DNA of 64,000 nucleotides, taken from the IMG/VR virus record IMGVR_UViG_3300029319_000010, positions 1 through 64,000 of that record; one strand, written 5' to 3'. Below, piece after piece: positions 53,300-60,485 of this stretch (position 1 is its first letter; each line of letters opens with the position of its first letter). The DNA comes from a virus. The position numbers were made by a program, and so were the translations under genes. The notes under the pieces are model-generated. The model had not been told where the DNA came from. It worked only from the letters and a program-made list of their open reading frames with translations, and searched no databases.

Positions 53300-53645
53300 T
53301 TTTAAAATCCTTTTTTTGTTGTATTTTTTTATTTAATTCAAGAAGAGCTTTTTCCATTTGTTCTAACTTATTTTTTACAGCTACAGACTTTTCATAACCT
53401 TTGTATGTAGTCTTTTGCAAATTACCTAATATATCTTTATTTCTCTTAATTGCTTTTTCAAGTTTAGTTTTGCGTAAACTAAATGTGCCTAGATTAGGTA
53501 ATATAATTTTACTTGATGTTAGATTAGATAAATTATCTCTAAACTTCTCATAGAAAAAATATACTAAATCTGCAACTACATCTTTATGTACATCTGCTTT
53601 TTCTGCTACTTCTTTATAAAATTGTTTACTCTTCTTGGGATTCAA
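53286..53645 (-). CDS. HU/IHF-like DNA-binding protein (119 aa)
   Basis: EVAEKADV..DVV helices then IILPNLGTFSLR. Confidence 0.6.
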   Translation of the reverse strand: MNPKKSKQFYKEVAEKADVHKDVVADLVYFFYEKFRDNLSNLTSSKIILPNLGTFSLRKTKLEKAIKRNKDILGNLQKTTYKGYEKSVAVKNKLEQMEKALLELNKKIQQKKDFKNENK

Positions 53646-53997
53646 AACTTAATATTTTATAATCTAATAAGATTGTTTCTTCTGTTTGTATATTCATAAT
53701 AGGATTTATCTTTATAATCTTCTTATTCTTACCTTCTTTTACTATTAAGTTTTTCTTTTCTGCTTTTGATAAAGCATTTCTACATGATTGTGAACTTTTA
53801 AAAATACCACTGCTAGATATATGCTCACAAAATTTAGTTAATTCAATAGAATCAAGTTTAGATAACTCTAATAAACAATTAAGATCTGACAAACTTATTT
53901 GTATATTATTTAAAAAGCAATAAGTAAGGATCTGATATTTTATTACCATATCCTTACTCATTCTTACTTTCTTGTCAACTTTATTAACTATAGCCAT
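53626..53997 (-). CDS. Winged-HTH-like protein (123 aa)
   Basis: SSQSCRNALSKAEKKNLIVK...IKINP. Confidence 0.5.
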   Translation of the reverse strand: MAIVNKVDKKVRMSKDMVIKYQILTYCFLNNIQISLSDLNCLLELSKLDSIELTKFCEHISSSGIFKSSQSCRNALSKAEKKNLIVKEGKNKKIIKINPIMNIQTEETILLDYKILSFESQEE

Positions 53998-54605
53998 GAA
54001 GTAACAATATCTTTACTATCTAGTAATGTATATGTAAAATTATTATTCCATGTATCTCTAGCTTTTCTACATATTTTCATAAATAATCTCCAATCATCAT
54101 TAGAAGCTATCACTTGACAACCTGCTGACCATTTATCTACTTGACTAGATTTTTTACCAGCATATTTAGTTGCTCTATGAATGTTAATACCAAAAAGCCC
54201 TGTTTGCGTATTATTATCATCTAGATCATAATTATTATCCCTATTATTATCTCTATAGACTGTCATAGGGTTTTGCTGACCAAGAGCTTCATATCTACCT
54301 TGATGTTTTCTAATCTTATGACTATGCCTATATTGACCTGGTTTTAGTACAGCAACTCCTTCTTTTCTCATTATGTTCTCAACCCAATGAGTACCTGGAT
54401 CTGTTGTACAATCAAATGTATGAAATTTCCATATGCCATTTTCTTTGTAAGACAAAGTCATTAAATCATCAAATCTATTTGTAACTTTAAAACCTGTTGA
54501 AGAGTTTCTGATCCCAATTACGTTAAGATTATATTCACCTCTTGTGAAGTACTTATATTCTTTTTGTTTCATAGTCTCTTCTATTTGTTCTCTAGTATAT
54601 TTCAT
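53988..54605 (-). CDS. Putative endolysin with L,D-transpeptidase (YkuD)-like catalytic motif (205 aa)
   Basis: GINIH...WSAGCQV matches the His...S-x-G-C pattern; close to a holin-like gene. Confidence 0.65.
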   Translation of the reverse strand: MKYTREQIEETMKQKEYKYFTRGEYNLNVIGIRNSSTGFKVTNRFDDLMTLSYKENGIWKFHTFDCTTDPGTHWVENIMRKEGVAVLKPGQYRHSHKIRKHQGRYEALGQQNPMTVYRDNNRDNNYDLDDNNTQTGLFGINIHRATKYAGKKSSQVDKWSAGCQVIASNDDWRLFMKICRKARDTWNNNFTYTLLDSKDIVTSWL

Positions 54606-54970
54606 GATTTTGCACGTTTTAAAGATCTTTTCATATCTTTCTTAATAGATTCTGCCATTTCCTTTCCGGATTTAGCAGCAGATTCAACAGAACTAAGATC
54701 TGGTTTTACATTCGTAGTTGGAGAAGGTGTGGAAGGTGCAGCAGGCATATCATCATTACCTGGACCTGCCATACTTTGAGCAATAAACATTTGTGCCTGT
54801 AATCTTTCAGCACGTGTTTTTTCTATATCTCTTAAGAGACCTTCATATTCTAACTGAGTTTTAAGAGATGGAATTGTGCTTTTATAATAAGCATGAATCT
54901 CTTTTCTTTTCTTTTCCATTTCCTCCTTAGACATTTCTGCAGGATTTGGAATATTGGTTTCATTTGCCAT
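54602..54970 (-). CDS. Hypothetical protein (122 aa)
   Basis: ORF track; ATGA overlap with the lysin gene. Confidence 0.6.
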   Translation of the reverse strand: MANETNIPNPAEMSKEEMEKKRKEIHAYYKSTIPSLKTQLEYEGLLRDIEKTRAERLQAQMFIAQSMAGPGNDDMPAAPSTPSPTTNVKPDLSSVESAAKSGKEMAESIKKDMKRSLKRAKS

Positions 54971-54998
54971 GTTAAAAAAATTTTAATTAATAATAAGG

Positions 54999-55006
54999 CA
55001 AATATA
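54999..55006 (-). promoter_or_regulatory. Bacteroidota-type -7 promoter element TATATTTG
   Basis: Matches TAnnTTTG on the minus strand about 30 nt upstream of 54970. Confidence 0.45.
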
Positions 55007-55045
55007 AACAAATAAAATTTAAATCAAAAAAGTTTAGGATATTTT

Positions 55046-55261
55046 TTATTTTCCTTTAATTTTTTCAAATGAACTTATACCAAAGCTACCTAATGTAACA
55101 ATAACAAATGAGTTATATATAACTTCGTTTATAACTAGTTCCATACCACACCATCCTGTAATTAGATCACATATAGCAAATATTACCATTAAAATAAATG
55201 ATGCAAAGCCAACTATAGCTTTTTCATTTATATCATTTTCATCTTTAAATAATTTCCACAT
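55046..55261 (-). CDS. Holin-like two-TM protein (71 aa)
   Basis: Two hydrophobic helices, basic C-terminus, near the lysin. Confidence 0.55.
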   Translation of the reverse strand: MWKLFKDENDINEKAIVGFASFILMVIFAICDLITGWCGMELVINEVIYNSFVIVTLGSFGISSFEKIKGK

Positions 55262-55264
55262 AAC

Positions 55265-55600
55265 TTAACATTTCCATTTTTTTCTTGCAAGACATGCTCT
55301 TTTCTTAGGAGTTTTCCTGCAATCTATATTAAACTTTTTAATTTGACCTAAATTTCTTGCACAGAAAGATCTTTTACGCGGCCCTCCTCCTGGTTGAGGT
55401 GGTTTTAAATTAGATCCTGTTTTACGGTTAATCATCTTACGGCCTTTAGCTGTAAGTCCCCCTGATTTACTTTTACAACCATTTTTAATTGTACAGCCTG
55501 CCATACCACCTTTTTTGAATGATTCATACATTCCTGGTACTTTTCTGTTTCTATCATCATATATTGGGGCAACATCTGTCCCTGCTAATATTTGACTCAT
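55265..55600 (-). CDS. Small basic protein, DUF6321-like (111 aa; likely start MSQILAG at 55600)
   Basis: GGLTAKGR...RKRSFCAR...ARKKWKC pattern; start chosen to avoid overlap. Confidence 0.6.
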   Translation of the reverse strand: MSQILAGTDVAPIYDDRNRKVPGMYESFKKGGMAGCTIKNGCKSKSGGLTAKGRKMINRKTGSNLKPPQPGGGPRKRSFCARNLGQIKKFNIDCRKTPKKRACLARKKWKC

Positions 55601-55601
55601 T

Positions 55602-55814
55602 TTATTTCTTTTTATTTTTTTTCCAACTAATTCTTTTTTTACTGGTTTTTTTTCTAGCCGCAGATGTACATTGTGCTTTAGTAGGTCTACAAGCAGGATA
55701 TGGTCTTTTAGAATCAGTTCTAGACTTTCTTCCACAAGGCTTTCCAGTCTTACAATCTATCCAACCTTTACCCTGGTTTCTACTAAACCATTTACGTAAA
55801 CCTTCTTTAGCCAT
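55602..55814 (-). CDS. Small basic protein (70 aa)
   Basis: GLRKWF..W.DC..GKPCGRK..YPACRP; TAATG coupling with upstream gene. Confidence 0.65.
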   Translation of the reverse strand: MAKEGLRKWFSRNQGKGWIDCKTGKPCGRKSRTDSKRPYPACRPTKAQCTSAARKKTSKKRISWKKNKKK

Positions 55815-56020
55815 TATTTTTTCTTTTTCTTCTTTTTAGAATTACCCCAATTAGCAGCACCTACCTTTCTACACTTTACTAAAGCTCCTGATCCATAAGC
55901 AGATGGCCAGGTACCTCCATTTCTAGTATATCTTGCTTTTACTTTATAATAGCATGCATCTTTTTTACTACCACCTTTTTTATATTCTTTATCTTCTTTA
56001 ACTTTTTTTAATACTGACAT
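55814..56020 (-). CDS. Small basic protein (68 aa; likely start MSVLKK at 56020)
   Basis: DACYYKVK...WPSAYGSGALVKCR; poly-Lys tail. Confidence 0.65.
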   Translation of the reverse strand: MSVLKKVKEDKEYKKGGSKKDACYYKVKARYTRNGGTWPSAYGSGALVKCRKVGAANWGNSKKKKKKK

Positions 56021-56024
56021 CTTT

Positions 56025-56258
56025 TTATTTTTTACTATGTAATTTCTGTACTTTAAATTTAGCAACAAGTGATGCACCTTTATGTGGTTTAAACTTGCCT
56101 GTATGCTTCATTAATTTATATCCAGATCCACTTTTCATCCAGTGAAAGCCAGCAGGAGCCTTTACAGACTTCATACTAGTAGATCCACCTTTTTTATAAA
56201 CACTCTTAGGCATTTTAGCATTTGACTTTGTAACTTTTCTTTTATTTAAATGTCCCAT
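56025..56258 (-). CDS. Small basic protein (77 aa)
   Basis: YKKGG, KAPAGFHWMK; Lys-rich. Confidence 0.65.
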   Translation of the reverse strand: MGHLNKRKVTKSNAKMPKSVYKKGGSTSMKSVKAPAGFHWMKSGSGYKLMKHTGKFKPHKGASLVAKFKVQKLHSKK

Positions 56259-56260
56259 AA

Positions 56261-56605
56261 TTAAAACGGTATTGTTATTGTTAAACTTCCTGAACCTTTA
56301 CCTATATTTAAACTACCCCATATACACATTCCATATTTGCAAAACCCCCTTGATGGTGGTTGTGTGCATTGACAATTAGGTAGATTTAATCTAGGATCAC
56401 CAGTTCCACCTACTTGTTCTGTAAATTTAATTTGTGCAGCTAAAAAACTTCTTAATTCAGCTAGTGTTAATTTATCTTCTTTTAATTGTCTAGCTCCTGC
56501 TTCTCCTCTTCTTCTTGCTATAGTATTAAATATAAATTCAGATGTATCTATAAGGGTATCACTATCTACAATGATTTCATGATATGTTTTTACTTGATCA
56601 TTCAT
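56261..56605 (-). CDS. Hypothetical protein with Cys-rich C-terminus (114 aa; likely start MNDQVK at 56605)
   Basis: ORF track trimmed to the ATG just after the nuclease stop. Confidence 0.55.
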   Translation of the reverse strand: MNDQVKTYHEIIVDSDTLIDTSEFIFNTIARRRGEAGARQLKEDKLTLAELRSFLAAQIKFTEQVGGTGDPRLNLPNCQCTQPPSRGFCKYGMCIWGSLNIGKGSGSLTITIPF

Positions 56606-56606
56606 T

Positions 56607-56987
56607 TTAAAAAGTTTTACGTTTACCACCGTCATACTCCACGGCATAACCTTCTTTTACAAGACAATCATTTACACAAACTTTAGTTATTGTGTCTTTG
56701 CCTGCTATTTTATCTATATGTAATCTACCAAGAACTCTACCATATTTACCCAGCTCTTGTGATTCTAACTCAAAACAATTAGCCGCACCATCTAACATAT
56801 CTGTTAGCCTTTCTTTTGCAGCCAAACCTAATTTCTTTTCAACTTTATTTCTTGTTCTAGATTCTGGTGCATTAATACCAGCAAGTCTAATCCTTTTTTT
56901 AACGTGTACACCAAACCCTAGATCTATCATTGCATCTATTGTATCACCATCAACTACCTTTACACACTTTGCATTATAGTTATACAT
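56607..56987 (-). CDS. Thermonuclease (SNase-like) family protein (126 aa; likely start MYNYNAK at 56987)
   Basis: VVDGDTI, RIRLAGINAPE, GKYGRVLG, LVKEGYA. Confidence 0.9.
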   Translation of the reverse strand: MYNYNAKCVKVVDGDTIDAMIDLGFGVHVKKRIRLAGINAPESRTRNKVEKKLGLAAKERLTDMLDGAANCFELESQELGKYGRVLGRLHIDKIAGKDTITKVCVNDCLVKEGYAVEYDGGKRKTF

Positions 56988-57291
56988 TATTAAATATTTT
57001 ATTCTTAATCTTGAGCAACTCTGCACATTTTTCATATTCTTCTAGATCTTCATAATAATATATTGTATCATTATAAACATCTTCATCTGGCTCATCACTT
57101 GGATTATATATCATAATTGCTTTTAAACCATACTTATCATTTACATCTAAAAGATCCTCAAATGAAGCTTTTTTTGTTAAAACCATATACGAGTTTTCAA
57201 ATGCTTGTTCTACAATATAGTTTTCATATTCTATTTTTTCTTCAAGACTCATCTTTTCAGATGATTCTTCATTGAAAGGATCTTTTGACAT
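56980..57291 (-). CDS. Acidic hypothetical protein with UVR-like C-terminal motif (103 aa)
   Basis: EEYEKCAELLK. Confidence 0.6.
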   Translation of the reverse strand: MSKDPFNEESSEKMSLEEKIEYENYIVEQAFENSYMVLTKKASFEDLLDVNDKYGLKAIMIYNPSDEPDEDVYNDTIYYYEDLEEYEKCAELLKIKNKIFNNV

Positions 57292-57310
57292 AATTTTAAG
57301 TTTTAGTTTT

Positions 57311-57484
57311 TTAACCTCTTCCTCTACTTCTCTTTAGAGAAGAAGAACCTTTGAATCTTGCAGCTTCCATTCTTGGGTCCATATTATGAGATCCACCATA
57401 CATCATGTATCCCATACCCATAGTTTTAGGCTTCTTTTTGTCACCACCCGCACGGTAGTTCATTCTTTTTCTAGTTCCTGGCAT
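57311..57484 (-). CDS. Small basic protein (57 aa), below ORF-track cutoff
   Basis: Manual translation MPGTRKRMNYRAGGDKKKPKTMGMGYMMYGGSHNMDPRMEAARFKGSSSLKRSRGRG; fills the gap and shares YxxGG with neighbours. Confidence 0.7.
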   Translation of the reverse strand: MPGTRKRMNYRAGGDKKKPKTMGMGYMMYGGSHNMDPRMEAARFKGSSSLKRSRGRG

Positions 57485-57513
57485 AATTTTAAATTTTAAT
57501 AGTTAATAAATAA

Positions 57514-58221
57514 TTACATCATGTTTCTTCTAAACATTCTGTCTCTTTTTCTATCCATACGTCTATCACGTCTTGCTTGCTGTCTCTCTGTTCTAGCATC
57601 TATTCTACCCATCTTTCTAGCTTGTCTGTCCATACGTCTATCCATTCTTCTTTCTTGTCTGTTCTCTCTTCTGTCCGCTCTACGTGCTTGTCTTTCCTCT
57701 CTTCTATCAGCTCTTCTAGCTTGTCTCATCTCTCTCATTAGGTCACGACCTTCTTTTCTAGCCGCTCTACGCATAAATCTGTTTCCTATTCTAGTTAAAG
57801 CTGGATCTGGTCCTCCCATTCCAGGTGCCATATAGTTAAATCCCATAGTTCCTGGTCCTGACATTCCCATCATATTAAATCCTGGTCTTGCATAAGCTGT
57901 TTGCATAGGGTTTACAACAGGCATTATATTTGATCCTGTACCCATGCCTGCTTCAACGGCAGAGCTTAAATCTCCAGTAGTATTATAATTAGCTATTCCT
58001 TCATCAACCATATCTGGATTTAGACCTGCATCTATTAATTCTTCTCTAATTTCTCCCGTATCTTGATACGAAGTCAATTTCTTTCTAGTTCCGCCTCCAT
58101 ACCCCATTCTTCTACGAGCTGTCCCACCAGATTTAAGATAACCCATTTTCTTTCTAACACTAGGGTCTAATGCTCTTAATCCGTTATATTTTTTACCTTT
58201 TGGTATTGCTTTAAGTGCCAT
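57514..58221 (-). CDS. Protein with Arg-rich repeat C-terminus (235 aa), first gene of the late module
   Basis: RRADRRE/RRMDR repeats; GYLKSGG, MGYGGG, YQDTGE motifs. Confidence 0.75.
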   Translation of the reverse strand: MALKAIPKGKKYNGLRALDPSVRKKMGYLKSGGTARRRMGYGGGTRKKLTSYQDTGEIREELIDAGLNPDMVDEGIANYNTTGDLSSAVEAGMGTGSNIMPVVNPMQTAYARPGFNMMGMSGPGTMGFNYMAPGMGGPDPALTRIGNRFMRRAARKEGRDLMREMRQARRADRREERQARRADRRENRQERRMDRRMDRQARKMGRIDARTERQQARRDRRMDRKRDRMFRRNMM

Positions 58222-58284
58222 AATTTTTATTTTAAAATTAGTATTTCATTTTTAAGTTACCCTTCTGTAAAGGATCCCCTCACT

Positions 58285-58300
58285 ATTTAATATACAAAAA
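58285..58300 (-). promoter_or_regulatory. Putative late promoter motif TT(T/A)GTATATTA (representative copy)
   Basis: Similar motif in intergenic gaps at ~14671, 32870, 37218, 39210 and 40795, with variants at ~8258, 31582 and 46168, always on the minus strand. Confidence 0.6.
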
Positions 58301-58446
58301 CTCCCCCGGTAATGCAAAAATAATGTGTTTAAGGTTCTAATGGGGTTTATGTTTTTGGCTCCCCCAATAAAGTCCGGCAGTGTACTACCCCCAGGTTGTA
58401 TACTGGCAATATATATAAATCTTAAATAAATTTAAAATTAATAGCT

Positions 58447-58782
58447 ATGGCGACAATAAAAATTAAGAACCACGGTTCTCAAATATTAGTAACTGACTCT
58501 GATGTAGTCAGAGATGTGCAAGGTAATGAAAAGTGTAATGAAGAGTTTCCTTTTCTAAAAGATGTACCAATGTTAAACATTGATCCAACCGGCAAAGTTG
58601 GCATCCTTCCATTAAAGAAAGGATCCAAAATGGCTGAAGTATTTCTTGGCTTACCCAAAGGTACAAAAGTACCTGTTGAGTTAACCAAGAAAGAAATAGA
58701 AGGTGCAGATGGTAAAATCTACTACCGTGCAAGATTAATCTCTTCATACTTTACAGCAATAAAAGCAAAGGCAGATAAATAA
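58447..58782 (+). CDS. Hypothetical protein, first gene of the plus-strand early region (111 aa)
   Basis: ORF track; AT-rich leader; hairpin over the stop codon. Confidence 0.7.
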   Translation: MATIKIKNHGSQILVTDSDVVRDVQGNEKCNEEFPFLKDVPMLNIDPTGKVGILPLKKGSKMAEVFLGLPKGTKVPVELTKKEIEGADGKIYYRARLISSYFTAIKAKADK

Positions 58783-58798
58783 ATCTGCTTTTTGCTTT
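58762..58798 (+). terminator. Hairpin overlapping the stop codon (terminator or processing site)
   Basis: AAAGCAAAGGCAGAT-aaataa-ATCTGCTTTTTGCTTT. Confidence 0.5.
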
Positions 58799-58799
58799 A

Positions 58800-59490
58800 G
58801 CTTGTCTTATGGAAGCTACGGTAATATGGAACTTACTGTAGCTTTTTACCTGCTTATATAGCAATCCAGGTCCTGAACTTACGCAGAACAGTTGTACCTG
58901 CAACTATACAGCAACTTTTTTATCTTTTTGCTCCCAAAATAATTTTTGCACAGCAAAAAGTTGTGTGTGTTAGTGTGTAAAGATGAGGTATACAATACCA
59001 CATTTTACCACTTAACACCACATGGTCTAACGGAATGAACCGTATTAAATAATATAGCTATAACTACTACATCAGGCGTGCCAAACAGAAGAGTACAAGG
59101 TAGTACTCACGGATTGATAGTAGTAGTTGTAGTCTTATGTTCTCTCTCTATAGGATAAGAGACATAGTAACCGCAAGGTTATAAATTGGAATTAAATAAA
59201 TAGAGGTTTAGTTCTTCGGTAATATAAGTAAAGCACAGTAGGATGCTGTTGAGGAGTATTACTGCACCGGTCTACAAAGCTAGTAGATTGCCAGAGATCT
59301 TAGGTAGAAACACTACTTAGTCTATTAGAGATGTAGTTATAATATATGTGCACAATGTATTATAACTCTCTCTTCTTATAATCTAACAGAGTAAACTGTA
59401 TAAAAGAAACTAGGAGAAGTTAACTGCACATGGTTGCAAACATAGATGCAGAGGGTTAGGAGTAATTACCTAATCTTCTGTCTTCTCCAT
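58800..59490 (+). ncRNA. Candidate long structured non-coding RNA or structured leader
   Basis: No ORF >=60 aa; about ten stems, G-U pairs on the + strand, GCAA tetraloop at 59168-59181, long-range closing helices. Confidence 0.6.
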
Positions 59491-59493
59491 CAC

Positions 59494-59537
59494 ATAACGT
59501 CCACATACTACGTTCAAAGTATGAATTCACTTAAATT
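59494..59537 (+). repeat. 44-nt leader element, copy 1 (putative H-type pseudoknot)
   Basis: ATAACGTCCACATACTACGTTCAAAGTATGAATTCACTTAAATT; 38/44 identical to 59927-59970. Confidence 0.8.
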
Positions 59538-59550
59538 TAATTAACTAAGA

Positions 59551-59829
59551 ATGGAAACATATGAAATAAGAATCTATCCTCATGAATATATGGATAGAGC
59601 TAAACAAGATCACTTTGCTGCATTTAATATAGCAGATAAAATATCTAATGTAATAAAATTAATGTTAGATTCTGATACTGAAGTAAAATATATTGATGAA
59701 TCAACTAATGATAGTTATCAGTATTTAATACTTAATCCAAATAGTCTTGTTACAAAGGAACTAAGAAAGAAAATAGAATTAGTTTTTCCTAAAGTACATT
59801 TTGGAAATAGATGGAGAGAGGTAGCTTAA
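59551..59829 (+). CDS. Hypothetical early protein (92 aa)
   Basis: ORF track; preceded by leader copy 1. Confidence 0.7.
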   Translation: METYEIRIYPHEYMDRAKQDHFAAFNIADKISNVIKLMLDSDTEVKYIDESTNDSYQYLILNPNSLVTKELRKKIELVFPKVHFGNRWREVA

Positions 59830-59926
59830 TGTTACCTCTTTACTATTGGACCGTAACTCACCTATCTTTGGTTGGGCTTGATCACCTGTAATCATTGATC
59901 CAAATGACGTGAGTGAGGTCCTCATT

Positions 59927-59970
59927 ATAACGCTTGCATACTGCGTTTAAAGTATGAATTCACTTAAATT
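59927..59970 (+). repeat. 44-nt leader element, copy 2 (putative H-type pseudoknot)
   Basis: ATAACGCTTGCATACTGCGTTTAAAGTATGAATTCACTTAAATT. Confidence 0.8.
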
Positions 59971-59977
59971 AAATGAT

Positions 59978-60244
59978 ATGAACTTAGGAATAAAAATATT
60001 TAATAAAGCAATGTTTAAAAGATTTATGGGATTTGCTGACCAAGGTCAAGTATTTAAAAAGGACGCTCTTTATGTACTTAGAAATGAATGGAAATATTCA
60101 GATGGAAGTACAGGAAAATTCTTTGTTACAGGTAAAATGATTTATCAAGCACTAAATGACTCTACAAGTAATGACAGATTTAGTGATATAGATATTAATC
60201 ATAAAGATTTTATTAATCAAATGATTCTAAATCTTTGCGTGTAA
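59978..60244 (+). CDS. Hypothetical early protein (88 aa; alternative in-frame start 59954)
   Basis: ORF track; the 59954 ATG lies inside the repeated leader. Confidence 0.65.
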   Translation: MNLGIKIFNKAMFKRFMGFADQGQVFKKDALYVLRNEWKYSDGSTGKFFVTGKMIYQALNDSTSNDRFSDIDINHKDFINQMILNLCV

Positions 60245-60384
60245 AGTAACAACGTCACCACTGACGTACAAACAATACCAGTATTAAAAGTACTGTTATA
60301 GTAAACAGTTGTTATGATTGTTTATTTAAGTGGGTAGTGATTAAGGAGGGACATTATAGCTACTGTTCTTCCTTAATCCGTTTT

Positions 60385-60458
60385 GGTCTCATAGCTCAAT
60401 TGGATAGAGCAACAGCCTTCTAAGCTGTAGGTTCTAGGTTCAAGTCCTAGTGGGATCA
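60385..60458 (+). tRNA. tRNA-Arg (anticodon TCT), CCA not encoded
   Basis: Acceptor GGTCTCA/TGGGATC, D-arm GCTC..GAGC, anticodon arm ACAGC-CTTCTAA-GCTGT, T-arm CTAGG-TTCAAGT-CCTAG. Confidence 0.95.
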
Positions 60459-60485
60459 CGAAATAAATTGTATAACTTAATAATA

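Noticed and set aside
5613-57835. Many short plus-strand ORFs (e.g. 5613-5987, 44413-44766, 45695-46156, 57521-57835) and nested off-frame minus ORFs
   Set aside because: Antisense or off-frame shadows of long motif-bearing genes; composition reflects reverse-complement codon bias
59041-59135. Hammerhead or hairpin ribozyme (CTGATGT on the minus strand; AAACAGAA loop)
   Set aside because: Lacks the exact CUGANGA/GAAA core and the hairpin-ribozyme loop consensus
59494-59970. The two 44-nt repeats as a mini-CRISPR array or att sites
   Set aside because: Only two copies, separated by ~390 nt containing a gene; differences track RNA pairing; no integrase in the window
60385-60458. Amber suppressor tRNA and stop-codon recoding, as in some crAss-like phages
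   Set aside because: The 7-nt loop CTTCTAA centres on TCT, not CTA; long genes are intact in the standard code and TAG/TGA serve as real stops (portal; 54602..54970)
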